In this document: piece after piece, positions 26,397 to 35,537 of the stretch
Layout of the letters: the number at the start of each line of letters is the position of its first letter
Numbering within the stretch: position 1 is the stretch's first letter
NCBI GenBank assembly: GCA_023254845.1
Contig: JALRKE010000002.1
Location: 1-57,373 of the forward strand
DNA length: 57,373 bases
Origin: Candidatus Nanopelagicaceae bacterium
Lineage (GTDB): Bacteria > Actinomycetota > Actinomycetes > Nanopelagicales > Nanopelagicaceae
Direction of reading: 5' to 3'
The notes under the pieces: model-generated
The model's input: only the letters and a program-made list of their open reading frames with translations
Told to the model about the DNA's origin: nothing
Databases searched by the model: none
Program-made: the position numbers and the translations under genes

Positions 26397-27634
26397 CGGT
26401 GAACCTCCTCATCTCTATTACGCCAATTCTCCGGTAGCAAGTGATCAAGAACGTCATCTACAGTGACAGCGCCTAATAGGCGGTTATGTTCATCAACGAC
26501 AGGAAGTGCAATCAAGTTGTAATTGGCTAGATTCTTTACGACTTCATTTAATCCAGTTTCTGGCGACACAGCCGTCTCGGTTGCATCGACTATTAGACCA
26601 AGGTTTAGAGCAGGTGGTTCCCGGAGCAATTGTTGAAGGTGAACTACACCGATGAGTCTTCCAGTTGGAGTCTCAAGTGGCGCTCTACATACAAAGACTT
26701 GTGATGCTAGAGCCGGTGCAAGTTCTTTGCGACGAATAGCGGCGAGTGCATCAGCCACGGTGGAGTCAATATCAAGAATTACTGGATCGGTTGTCATCAT
26801 TCCACCAGCAGAGTAATCCTCATACTTCATTAAACGACGAACATCTTCGGCATCATCCATCAAACTTAAAAGTTCTTCAGCGGTCTCAGGTTCAACCTCT
26901 TTAAGAACATCCGCGGCATCATCTGGAGCCATCTCACCTAAGACATCGGCGATCCGATCCTCTTCAAGATTTGTAACTAGCGCAACGCGATCCTTGTCAT
27001 CCATTTCTTCTAATACATCAGCGAGCTTCTCATCATCTAAGCCCTTTACCAATTCAGCACGTTCCTCAATCTCTAAGTCTCGAAGCGTTTCAACAACTTC
27101 TTGGGCGCTCATCAAACCTACATCTTCGTTATCAGGGCTTCCTTGTGGTGCGCTCAATCTCGATTCATACTCAATTTCGCTCCAGGCAAGAGTAGTTGCA
27201 GTGTTTCGTCGTAAGCCTCGCTCCCGCCGCTTTATATGCGCAAATGTTAAACGCCAATCTTTTGATTCCGTCAGTTCGATACCTAAATCTTCAACTATTC
27301 CGAAGTCAGCGCTTCCGCGAAGCGCAACCTCGCGATCTAGTAGTTCTTCAAGGAGCGCGACTTCGCCATGACGTGGCTGGTAGCGACGGATATTGATCGA
27401 ACCAGTTACAAATAAACCACCATCTTCAATCGAAGTGACGCGCGTAGCAGGAATGAAGATTCGGCGTCGCTGTGGAATTTCGACTATGAAACCAAGTATT
27501 CGAGGGTTTGTGCTCGATCCAGGATTAGCCGCTACGGCATCTCGAATTTTTCCTACTCGATCTCCATTTGGATCAAAAACTGGAGTACCAGCAAGCTTGG
27601 CAAGAAATATCAATTTGATCTGTTCTTTTAGCAT
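26393..27634 (-). CDS. Soluble MgtE-N + CBS-pair protein with PRC-barrel-like N-terminus (Rv1232c-like); no transporter domain
   Basis: Acidic MgtE_N repeats (ADVLEEMDD..., ADVLGEMAPDDAADVL) are followed by a CBS pair. No TM segments. The stop overlaps the DUF1003 start by 4 nt. Confidence 0.8.
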   Translation of the reverse strand: MLKEQIKLIFLAKLAGTPVFDPNGDRVGKIRDAVAANPGSSTNPRILGFIVEIPQRRRIFIPATRVTSIEDGGLFVTGSINIRRYQPRHGEVALLEELLDREVALRGSADFGIVEDLGIELTESKDWRLTFAHIKRRERGLRRNTATTLAWSEIEYESRLSAPQGSPDNEDVGLMSAQEVVETLRDLEIEERAELVKGLDDEKLADVLEEMDDKDRVALVTNLEEDRIADVLGEMAPDDAADVLKEVEPETAEELLSLMDDAEDVRRLMKYEDYSAGGMMTTDPVILDIDSTVADALAAIRRKELAPALASQVFVCRAPLETPTGRLIGVVHLQQLLREPPALNLGLIVDATETAVSPETGLNEVVKNLANYNLIALPVVDEHNRLLGAVTVDDVLDHLLPENWRNRDEEVHR

Positions 27635-27689
27635 GAGGCACCTCCAATCAAAAGCTATGGGAAATGCTATCTGATAGTACGGTTGAGGC

Positions 27690-28562
27690 GTGCGCGACCG
27701 AGATCACTCCAAACTCCCAACAGGAAGAGAGATCGGTCTTCTTACATTGGTGATTATCGGTATAGGTACATCAGGTCCTGTAATTGCACTTAGCACGATG
27801 CCGATACTTGCTCTTATCTTCTGGAGAAATCTTGGTGGATTTTTCTTGGTTCTACCGTGGGCATTCCGTGACTTAGATTTGAAACGAGCTGAGGTAAGGA
27901 TAGGAATTAAGTTCTCGTTTCTCTCCGGAATAGCGCTCGCCCTTCATTTCATTGGATTCTTCATTGCGATGCGTTATACATCAGTAGCGGTGGGAACTGC
28001 ACTTACTGCGCTACAGCCGATATTCGCTGCCTATTTTGTGAAACGTCTAGGTGGAAGGATCCCCAAGCGCGCTTGGACCGGAATGTCGATTGCCTTTGTT
28101 GGAGTGGTAATCATTACTGGGGTGGATCTAACTATTTCAAGGCGAGCGTTTTTAGGCGATCTTGCAGCGATTGCCTGCGCTGCCCTTGCAGCTATGTATG
28201 TAGTTCTTGGCGCTCGCGCTAGAGAATCGGTCTCAACCGCTACCTATACATCAATCGCTTACCTCACCTGCTCGCTAATCTCACTTGGTTTCGCGCTCGC
28301 GGTCGGCACCGAGTTAGTTGATTTTGAAGCTAGAGAGTGGTTACTTTTAATTGCGCTAATTGCTGGTGCACAAATTCTCGGACATACTATTTTGAATTTC
28401 ACATTAAAGAGCCTCTCACCTGCAATCGCATCGCTAGTTGTCTTCTTTGAAGTTCCAGTTAGCGCGATTCTTGCTTTTTGGTGGTTAAGTCAACTTCCAC
28501 CACTAGGAACCGTTCCTGGTTTGATTCTCATTCTTGTCGGATGCCGCGTCTTTCTCCGGTAA
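27690..28562 (+). CDS. DMT-superfamily (EamA) transporter
   Basis: About 10 hydrophobic helices with a duplicated EamA-like organisation. Confidence 0.75.
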   Translation: MRDRDHSKLPTGREIGLLTLVIIGIGTSGPVIALSTMPILALIFWRNLGGFFLVLPWAFRDLDLKRAEVRIGIKFSFLSGIALALHFIGFFIAMRYTSVAVGTALTALQPIFAAYFVKRLGGRIPKRAWTGMSIAFVGVVIITGVDLTISRRAFLGDLAAIACAALAAMYVVLGARARESVSTATYTSIAYLTCSLISLGFALAVGTELVDFEAREWLLLIALIAGAQILGHTILNFTLKSLSPAIASLVVFFEVPVSAILAFWWLSQLPPLGTVPGLILILVGCRVFLR

Positions 28563-28571
28563 TCTTCTCTA

Positions 28572-29435
28572 GTGTTAATTGATCTACATACCCACTCCAA
28601 TGCAAGCGATGGGACTGATTCACCTAGTGAATTGATTGATAAGGCCATCTCTAAGGGCCTTGATCTCATCGCACTTACCGATCACGACACGGTAGGTGGT
28701 TGGGATGAGGCAACCACGGCGCTGAAGAAGCATGAGTCAAACTCAAAGTTAGAGCTAGTACTTGGTTCGGAAGTTTCATGCCAAGGCGAAGATGGCACGA
28801 GCATTCACATGCTTGGACTCCTCTTCGACCCGAACTACACACCGCTGATTTCTGAGTTTGAGAAGACCCGCGAGAATCGAGTTACCCGTATGTCTCGCAT
28901 AATCTCAAGGCTGAACGAGGCTGGCATAGAGATAACAATTGAAGAGGTAAATGCCCAAAAGCGCGGCGATGCAACGTTGGGTCGACCACATTTAGCTGAT
29001 GCTCTTGTTGCACGAGGTCATGTCGCTAGCCGAGAAGAGGCATTTAATATATTTCTACATAATGGTTCAAAGTTTTACATCAATCACTATTCACCATCAC
29101 CTGAAGTGGCAATACGTCTAATCAAAGAAGCGGGAGGGGTTGCGGTCATTGCCCATCCTCTTGCCTCACGGAGCGGAAGAAAGATTGACCTGGAGACCTT
29201 AAACCAATTGATTAAAGCTGGTTTGGATGGAATCGAAGTAGATCATAGAGATCACAATGAGATGGAGCGTTCTGAGTTGATGCGACTGGCTATTGAGCAT
29301 GATTTGGTAGTCACCGGATCTAGCGACTATCACGGCACAGGAAAGATGAATCAACTAGCCGAGTTCACGACCCATCCAGAACAATGGGAGCGGTTAGAAG
29401 CAAAAGCCAAAGTTAGGAGAGTGGTCTCACGATGA
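28572..29435 (+). CDS. PHP-domain phosphoesterase (TrpH/YciV-like)
   Basis: Motifs DLHTHSNASDG, ALTDHDT and AHP. Confidence 0.85.
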   Translation: MLIDLHTHSNASDGTDSPSELIDKAISKGLDLIALTDHDTVGGWDEATTALKKHESNSKLELVLGSEVSCQGEDGTSIHMLGLLFDPNYTPLISEFEKTRENRVTRMSRIISRLNEAGIEITIEEVNAQKRGDATLGRPHLADALVARGHVASREEAFNIFLHNGSKFYINHYSPSPEVAIRLIKEAGGVAVIAHPLASRSGRKIDLETLNQLIKAGLDGIEVDHRDHNEMERSELMRLAIEHDLVVTGSSDYHGTGKMNQLAEFTTHPEQWERLEAKAKVRRVVSR

Positions 29436-30037
29436 ATGAGTTAACAGCGCTCACCTTTGGGCTACAGGCATTTGTAACGCTTCTTGTGATCCTTGATCCA
29501 CCTGGCGCCGCGCCACTTTTCCTATCGTTAGTTGGTGGACGAGATCGCCGGGAACAAGTTCGAATGGCCTGGCTTGCTGCCGCTACTTCACTTCTGATAA
29601 TCACAATCTTCGCGATTTTCGGACAGTTCATTGTTGATTACCTAGAGATCTCTATCTCAGCTCTGCAAGGCGCTGGTGGACTCTTATTGCTATTGATTTC
29701 ACTTGATCTTCTAAAGGGAATCGAGAATGACCCAACAAAGAGCGGTGAGAAAAATGTTGCGCTGGTTCCACTAGGCACTCCGCTTCTTGCCGGACCGGGC
29801 GCGATTGTGACGATTATGCTCTTCGCTTCTAGAGTCGAAGGTACTGAAACCGGAATTGGTCTAGCAGGAGCGGTAATCGGTGCTCATATTGTTATCGGCT
29901 TAACCCTTATGTTCGCGACTGGAATCATCTCGGTAATTAAGGAGACTGGTGTAGCGCTCCTTGCAAAGGTCGCTGGATTATTAACTGCCGCAATCGCATT
30001 TGAGATGGTTATGACTGGAATAAAAGGCCTTCTCTAA
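29432..30037 (+). CDS. MarC-family (UPF0056) membrane protein
   Basis: Six hydrophobic helices. The motifs LDPPGAAPLF and PLGTPLLAGPGAI are typical of MarC. Confidence 0.8.
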   Translation: MNELTALTFGLQAFVTLLVILDPPGAAPLFLSLVGGRDRREQVRMAWLAAATSLLIITIFAIFGQFIVDYLEISISALQGAGGLLLLLISLDLLKGIENDPTKSGEKNVALVPLGTPLLAGPGAIVTIMLFASRVEGTETGIGLAGAVIGAHIVIGLTLMFATGIISVIKETGVALLAKVAGLLTAAIAFEMVMTGIKGLL

Positions 30038-30816
30038 TGGATGGATTCTTCTCCCCAAATAGCGTTACTTGGAAGATCCACTCTGATCCATCGATGCTAA
30101 TCGGCGGCATTCGGGCGCTCTTGGAACAGGCGCTCCATCCCGGAGCGATGTCGGGCGTAGCTGCGCACTCCAACTTCCGCGAAGATGCTTGGGGAAGGCT
30201 GCAGCGCACTGGAGATTATGTAGGAACGCTCACTTTTGGCACTAAAGAAGAAGCGGAGAAGTTGGCTGCTCGGGTTAGATCAATCCATAAAAAGTTGAAG
30301 TTGGATGACCCGCATCTACTCTTATGGGTTCATATGGCGATGGTCGATGCGTTTTTAGATACCGCACTTCGCTCCGGTTTGAAATTATCCGATACCGAGA
30401 TTAATCAATATATAGCGGAGATGGTCAAGTTTGCTGAGCTGGTTGGAATTGATGCCACAAGTACTCCGAAGAGTAAGAGCGAACTGGAAAATTACTTTGA
30501 TGAGATTCAACCAGAACTTTTTGCAAGCGATGATGCCAAACGCGCAGCTCTCTTCATCGCACTGCCACCTTTGCCACCACTACTTCGATTTGGAACGCCT
30601 ATTGCTCCACTCTGGGGCGGAGTTGCATCACTTGCAGCCGCCTCTCTACCTAGATGGGCGCGCCGGCTCTATGGCTGGCCAACTCTTCCTGGTCAATCCA
30701 GCGCAACTGATATCGCGCTGCGCACTACTAGAACGGCGCTCTCTGCGCTACCAAGTTGGTTTCGCGAGAGTCCACAGCTAAGAAGTGCAAAAGAGCGGAT
30801 AAAGAAGGCATCATGA
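30037..30816 (+). CDS. MpaB/DUF2236-family oxygenase-like protein
   Basis: VTWKIHSDPSMLIGGIRALLEQALHP and the HKKL region are typical of DUF2236. Confidence 0.7.
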   Translation: MDGFFSPNSVTWKIHSDPSMLIGGIRALLEQALHPGAMSGVAAHSNFREDAWGRLQRTGDYVGTLTFGTKEEAEKLAARVRSIHKKLKLDDPHLLLWVHMAMVDAFLDTALRSGLKLSDTEINQYIAEMVKFAELVGIDATSTPKSKSELENYFDEIQPELFASDDAKRAALFIALPPLPPLLRFGTPIAPLWGGVASLAAASLPRWARRLYGWPTLPGQSSATDIALRTTRTALSALPSWFRESPQLRSAKERIKKAS

Positions 30817-31511
30817 AGATTGCGCTGATTGCAAATTTGGCCGGCGGAGTGGGAAGAACCTCAATAACTCACTGCCTAGCTACAGCGATAGCGGAATATG
30901 GAAAGCAAGCCCTAGCAATCGATTGTGATCCCTCTGCAACGCTTACATTTCTATGCGGAGTTGAGAATCCTCGCTTCTCAACTCGTGAGTTATTTGATGG
31001 GGAACAGAAGCTTGAGAATATTGCGGTGAAGAGTGGAGAGCGCTTTTCACTAATCCCAGGAGCAAGTCGATTGCTCTACACAGAATTTCGCCACCTCAAG
31101 AATTTAAGGGCTGAATTAAATGACTTTGATTTCGTATTGATTGACTCGCCCGGCGGTCCAAGCACGCTTATTGCACCGTTAATCGAATTGGCAGATGAAG
31201 TCATCATCCCGGTAGATGGCAGCATTCATTCAGTTCGTGGTGCACTAAATCTCTTGGACTTCATTAGGAGGAGCCCAAATAAGCCACAAGTACGCGCACT
31301 TGAGAATCGAGCACGTACTTGGGATCTTGAGCTAAAGGCGAATTTCACCGCTGATTTCAAATTATTTGAGATTGCTATAAGCAATGACAACGCATTAAGT
31401 GAGGCGCAACTATCAACCCGATCGGTGCTTTCGGAGGCTCCGCACTCCCAGATATCTTCAGATTTCCGAGAGTTGGCCTACTTACTTCTTGAAGAAGTGG
31501 GAGCGCTATAA
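30813..31511 (+). CDS. ParA/Soj-like P-loop protein with degenerate Walker A (Rv3213c position)
   Basis: MKIALIANLAGGVGRTS compared with the canonical NQKGGVGKTT. ParA-like motifs AIDCDPSATLT and FVLIDSPGG. ATGA overlap with the upstream gene. Confidence 0.75.
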   Translation: MKIALIANLAGGVGRTSITHCLATAIAEYGKQALAIDCDPSATLTFLCGVENPRFSTRELFDGEQKLENIAVKSGERFSLIPGASRLLYTEFRHLKNLRAELNDFDFVLIDSPGGPSTLIAPLIELADEVIIPVDGSIHSVRGALNLLDFIRRSPNKPQVRALENRARTWDLELKANFTADFKLFEIAISNDNALSEAQLSTRSVLSEAPHSQISSDFRELAYLLLEEVGAL

Positions 31512-31515
31512 ATCT

Positions 31516-31779
31516 TTATAGGCCGGCAAAACCCACGCGGCGCTCTGCGCTATCGCCGACTTCAACTGAACTAATTTTTACAGATGGAATTAAGAAGTTC
31601 CGGCCACGCACATCAGATAAAACCAGGGGTTCATTAGAAGAGAGCGCTTTCTTTACCAGCGCGAGTACTTCTTCGCGATCTAGGGCTACCTCAATTGTTA
31701 ACTCGCGTGCCTGATCTGAGACTGAGATTCTTACTTCGCTCTTGGCGCTATCGCTCTTGCTGCTCTTCTTAGTTGTCAT
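31516..31779 (-). CDS. DUF3107-family protein (TB9.4-like)
   Basis: Pattern VRISVSDQARELTIEV...LSDVRGRNFLIPSVKISSVEVG. It lies downstream of a TetR gene, as Rv3208A does. Confidence 0.75.
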   Translation of the reverse strand: MTTKKSSKSDSAKSEVRISVSDQARELTIEVALDREEVLALVKKALSSNEPLVLSDVRGRNFLIPSVKISSVEVGDSAERRVGFAGL

Positions 31780-31820
31780 GGCGCAATTTTATTGAAAGAG
31801 CCTTAACTGTCATTTTCTAG

Positions 31821-32450
31821 CTATTTTGTGAGCGGGAAGCCAGAAATGCCGCGCCACATCAAACTTGTCACCAGTGCGCTCGCCCCGGAACGGTCTATCT
31901 TTCCGCCCTTTTCTAACCAATGACGGGCGGAGATCTGGGCGCAGCCAATCAACCCAATCGCAAGAATCATCGATTCATCTTTAGGTAGGCCGGTATCTGC
32001 AGAAATGACAGCGCTTACTGCGACGGCACAGTCATATGTCATCCGTTCAAGTCGCTCTCGAACTTGTGGCTCAACGCTCATATCGCTCTCAAAGAGCAAT
32101 CGGAAAGCCTCGCCTTCCCCTTCTATAAAGCCAAAGTAAGCATCGATCGTTGCCTTGACGCGGCTTCGATTATCACGCGTTGAGGCAATCGCTTTCTGGA
32201 TCGCAAAGACCAATGAATCGATATGAAGGTCTAGAACTGCGAGATATAGATCTAATTTAGAAGGAAAATGTTGATATAGAACGGGTTTACTAACACTTGC
32301 GCGTTCAGCGATTTCATCCATAGAGGCGGCGTGATAACCAGAAGAAGTGAAGATCTCTAGAGCTGCAACCAAAAGTTGTGCCCGGCGTTCATCACGGGGA
32401 AGGCGAGACTTCGGTTCGCCCTTTATTTCTGTGCCACTCATCACGCCCAT
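31821..32450 (-). CDS. TetR/AcrR-family transcriptional regulator
   Basis: N-terminal HTH, YHAASMDEIAERASVSKPVLYQHFPSK. Confidence 0.88.
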   Translation of the reverse strand: MGVMSGTEIKGEPKSRLPRDERRAQLLVAALEIFTSSGYHAASMDEIAERASVSKPVLYQHFPSKLDLYLAVLDLHIDSLVFAIQKAIASTRDNRSRVKATIDAYFGFIEGEGEAFRLLFESDMSVEPQVRERLERMTYDCAVAVSAVISADTGLPKDESMILAIGLIGCAQISARHWLEKGGKIDRSGASALVTSLMWRGISGFPLTK

Positions 32451-32499
32451 AGTAGAGCCTCGCTACCAATATCACTAGCGGTACGCTTATCCGTAGATT

Positions 32500-33375
32500 A
32501 TGAATAATTTAGCCAAGCCACGCTTACTTCTGGTTCACGCCCATCCTGATGATGAGTCGATAAATAATGGCGCAACTATGGCTGCCTACGTTGCTCGTGG
32601 GGCTCATGTAACGCTGGTTACCTGTACAAGAGGTGAAGAGGGTGAGATTCTCGTTCCAGAATTAGCTCACCTAGCTAGTGATAAAGAAGATGGACTTGGC
32701 TCTCATCGCGAGATAGAACTTGCTGATGCGATGAAAGAGTTGGGGGTTAGCGATTTTCGATTTCTAGGGGCTCCCAGAAAGCTTTATCGCGACAGCGGAA
32801 TGATGGGCACGCCCCAAAATGAACGAAGTGATGTCTTTTGGCGGGCTGACCTAGACCAAGCTGCAAGAGATCTTGAGAAGATTATCGTGGAAGTAAAACC
32901 GCATGTGCTAATTACTTATGATGAAAATGGCGGTTATGGCCACCCAGATCACATCCAAGCTCATCGAGTAGCGATGCGAGCTGCTGAATTTGCGAAGAAG
33001 AGCGGTTGGGAGATACAAAAAATCTACTGGAACACGATTCCGGTATCTGTGATTGAAGAGGGTATAAAAGCTATGCAAGGAACCGGAGTCGATTTCTTCG
33101 GCGTTGAAAAAGCTGAAGATTTCCCCTTTGCCGCCCCCGATCACTTAGTCACCACAGTTTTTAATGGTGATGAATTCGTCGCCAAGAAGATGGCGGCTAT
33201 GAAAGCCCACCCCACTCAAATCGCAGTAGATGGCCCATTCTTCGCACTCTCAGACAATCTCGGATTTAAAGTCTGGGGAAGAGAGTTCTACCGTTTAGTT
33301 CATGGCTCAAAGAGCGCGCCATTTGATGAATCGGGTAGAGAGCTAGATCTATTTGCCGGAGTGGAACTTCGATGA
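32500..33375 (+). CDS. mshB: N-acetyl-1-D-myo-inosityl-2-amino-2-deoxy-alpha-D-glucopyranoside deacetylase
   Basis: LmbE-family zinc motifs VHAHPDDES and HPDH. Synteny with a downstream small membrane protein, as for Rv1170/Rv1171. Confidence 0.85.
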   Translation: MNNLAKPRLLLVHAHPDDESINNGATMAAYVARGAHVTLVTCTRGEEGEILVPELAHLASDKEDGLGSHREIELADAMKELGVSDFRFLGAPRKLYRDSGMMGTPQNERSDVFWRADLDQAARDLEKIIVEVKPHVLITYDENGGYGHPDHIQAHRVAMRAAEFAKKSGWEIQKIYWNTIPVSVIEEGIKAMQGTGVDFFGVEKAEDFPFAAPDHLVTTVFNGDEFVAKKMAAMKAHPTQIAVDGPFFALSDNLGFKVWGREFYRLVHGSKSAPFDESGRELDLFAGVELR

Positions 33376-33695
33376 TCCGTTCAATATTTTCGATTCTCTT
33401 TGGCGCCGGGGTAGGTGTATCTGGAGTTTTTCTTCATAACAGCTATCGACCATTTGGACTTATAGTCTCACTAACTGCGCTCTTGTTAGGTGCTTATCTA
33501 GTACGAGAGATGTATCGATCCCGATTGAATTCCTGGCTCTTTCTTACGGGTTGGGTATTTGTGATCATTCGCGCTTCATCAATCGGTAACGGTGGCGAGA
33601 TTCTCATCGAAGCGAATCTCTTCGGAAATCTCTTAGTGCTTCTTGGAGCTGCGCTACTAATTGGTTTTACGCTCCGCTTTAGAAAAATTAATTGA
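33372..33695 (+). CDS. Small integral membrane protein (DUF6113-like, Rv1171 position)
   Basis: Four hydrophobic helices. ATGA overlap with mshB. Confidence 0.6.
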   Translation: MIRSIFSILFGAGVGVSGVFLHNSYRPFGLIVSLTALLLGAYLVREMYRSRLNSWLFLTGWVFVIIRASSIGNGGEILIEANLFGNLLVLLGAALLIGFTLRFRKIN

Positions 33696-35130
33696 TTTTC
33701 CAACTCCACTCTTGACCTTCGGAGGTATCTCGAACCTCTATTCCAAGAAGCGCTAATTCATCTCTCATTTGATCACTTAACTTGAAATCTCGATTAGTTC
33801 TAGCGGCTTTACGTTTCGCAAGGAGGGCTTCTGCTTCACTTGTAAGGTGCTTCGCCTCCCGCTGCTTTAGAAGATCTAATCCGAACAACGGATCTAGCGC
33901 CTCAAAGAGCGCAAGTTTCTCACCATCTTCAAGATCACCACGCTCTATTCCTCGCAATGAAATCATCGCCCGCGGCGTATCGAGGTCGTTGTTAAATGCC
34001 GATGCGATCTCCGCTACCAATTGGCTGACTTTCTCACTTAAATTTACATGGCTCTTTAACCAGCTTTGATAAGCTTTACGCCAACGCTCAAGCGTTAAAT
34101 GAGCTGCTTGGATTGAATTCCAAGATAGATCCATCTGACTTCGATATCGATTCTCCATGAAGCAGAATCGAATGGCGAGTGGATCAATTCCCCGTGCAGC
34201 CACATCACTTACCAAAACCACATTCCCTGCGCTCTTTGACATCTTCCTTCCCTCAAAGAGAAGGTGTTCACCATGAAGCCAGAGCGAGACCGCTTCACCG
34301 CCTCCTTGGATTAGAGAGTTTGATTGAGCTCGCTCATCTTCGTGGTGCGGAAAACGGAGATCTATCCCGCCGATATGAAGATCAACTTTTCCATCAAGAT
34401 ACTTAAGAGACATAGCCGAACATTCGATATGCCAACCTGGAAATCCTCGACCCCATGGCGTATCCCAGATCATCTCGCTACGTGAACCAGCAGCCTTCCA
34501 AAGCGCCCAATCGGCATGAAAGCGTTTTGCGCCTCCCTCGGTGAATTCATAACGATGTCCGGGCTTCAGCGCATCGAGTCGGTTACCGCTAAGTGCCCCA
34601 TAACTTGGAAAGCGTGTGGCATCGAAATAGACCGAGCCATCTTCTCCTTGATAGGCAAGTTCGCCAGCGATTAATTTAGATATTGAATCAATCATCAAGT
34701 CGATACATTCGCTTGCTCTTGGATATGCATCAGCAGCTCTGATATTTAACGCGCGGCAATCTTGATGAAATCGGGCTTCGTACTCTCGCGCCACCGAATA
34801 TGGGTCCTTCTTCTCCAATTTGGATTGGGCGATGATTTTGTCCTCTTCAAAATCCTCACTCATATGTCCCACGTCAGTGATGTTCTGAACTAACTGTGTT
34901 TTAACCCCCGCGAAAGCCAGGGCTCGTTGGACTAGGTCGGCCAGCAGAAAGGTTCGGAGATTTCCGACATGTGCGTCTCGATAGACGGTTGGACCGCAGC
35001 AATAGATTCGTACAAACTCACCATTGCTTGCCGAAACCGCGCTTATCTCGCGAGAGAGGGTGTCGTAAATCTTGAGTACTTCGGGCTTTAGAACTGCCGC
35101 ATCACTCCCAGCGCGCTTCATACCTCTCAA
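33688..35130 (-). CDS. cysS: Cysteine--tRNA ligase
   Basis: CGPTVYRDAHVGNLRTF (HIGH-type motif, HxGN as in Bacillus CysS), NITDVGH, PGWHIECSAM, KMSKS, and the C-terminal tail RKAARTNRDFKLSDQMRDELALLGIEVRDT. An alternative start lies at 35121. Confidence 0.88.
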   Translation of the reverse strand: MRGMKRAGSDAAVLKPEVLKIYDTLSREISAVSASNGEFVRIYCCGPTVYRDAHVGNLRTFLLADLVQRALAFAGVKTQLVQNITDVGHMSEDFEEDKIIAQSKLEKKDPYSVAREYEARFHQDCRALNIRAADAYPRASECIDLMIDSISKLIAGELAYQGEDGSVYFDATRFPSYGALSGNRLDALKPGHRYEFTEGGAKRFHADWALWKAAGSRSEMIWDTPWGRGFPGWHIECSAMSLKYLDGKVDLHIGGIDLRFPHHEDERAQSNSLIQGGGEAVSLWLHGEHLLFEGRKMSKSAGNVVLVSDVAARGIDPLAIRFCFMENRYRSQMDLSWNSIQAAHLTLERWRKAYQSWLKSHVNLSEKVSQLVAEIASAFNNDLDTPRAMISLRGIERGDLEDGEKLALFEALDPLFGLDLLKQREAKHLTSEAEALLAKRKAARTNRDFKLSDQMRDELALLGIEVRDTSEGQEWSWKIN

Positions 35131-35206
35131 TTATGTACGATTAAGCGCCTAAGTAGGTTCTTTTCTCCTTTAAAAGAACTTTAAAAGTAGTGGTAAGGAG
35201 TCTCTC

Positions 35207-35530
35207 GTGACATATGTGATCGCGCTTCCTTGCGTGGATGTTAAAGATAAGTCCTGTATCGAAGAGTGCCCAGTCGATTGCATCTACGAGGGTGATCGGA
35301 TGCTCTACATCCAACCTGATGAGTGCGTTGACTGTGGCGCCTGCGAACCGGTCTGCCCAGTCGAAGCGATCTATTACGAAGATGACGTCCCATCCCAATG
35401 GAATGAATTTAAAGAAGTTAACTCCGGGTTCTTCGATGAACTTGGCTCCCCAGGCGGCGCCAGCAAAGTAGGAGCGACTGGTAAGGATCATCCAAAGCTG
35501 CTGCAAATCGAGAAGAAACCCGCAGAATAA
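35207..35530 (+). CDS. fdxA: 7Fe ferredoxin (FdxA/FdxC type)
   Basis: Motifs [29 protein letters not shown] and [12 protein letters not shown]. Confidence 0.92.
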   Translation: MTYVIALPCVDVKDKSCIEECPVDCIYEGDRMLYIQPDECVDCGACEPVCPVEAIYYEDDVPSQWNEFKEVNSGFFDELGSPGGASKVGATGKDHPKLLQIEKKPAE

Positions 35531-35537
35531 GGACTTC

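Noticed and set aside
33688-35130. MshC (mycothiol ligase) identity, suggested by proximity to mshB
   Set aside because: The 480-aa length and the C-terminal tail (RKAARTNRDFKLSDQMRDEL..GIEVRDT) are CysRS features that the shorter MshC lacks. The HxGN variant of the HIGH motif is normal for some CysRS. The gene is called cysS.
35141-35506. 121-aa minus-strand ORF covering the ferredoxin gene
   Set aside because: It is fully antisense to an unmistakable 7Fe ferredoxin CDS and has no recognisable motif. It is a shadow ORF.
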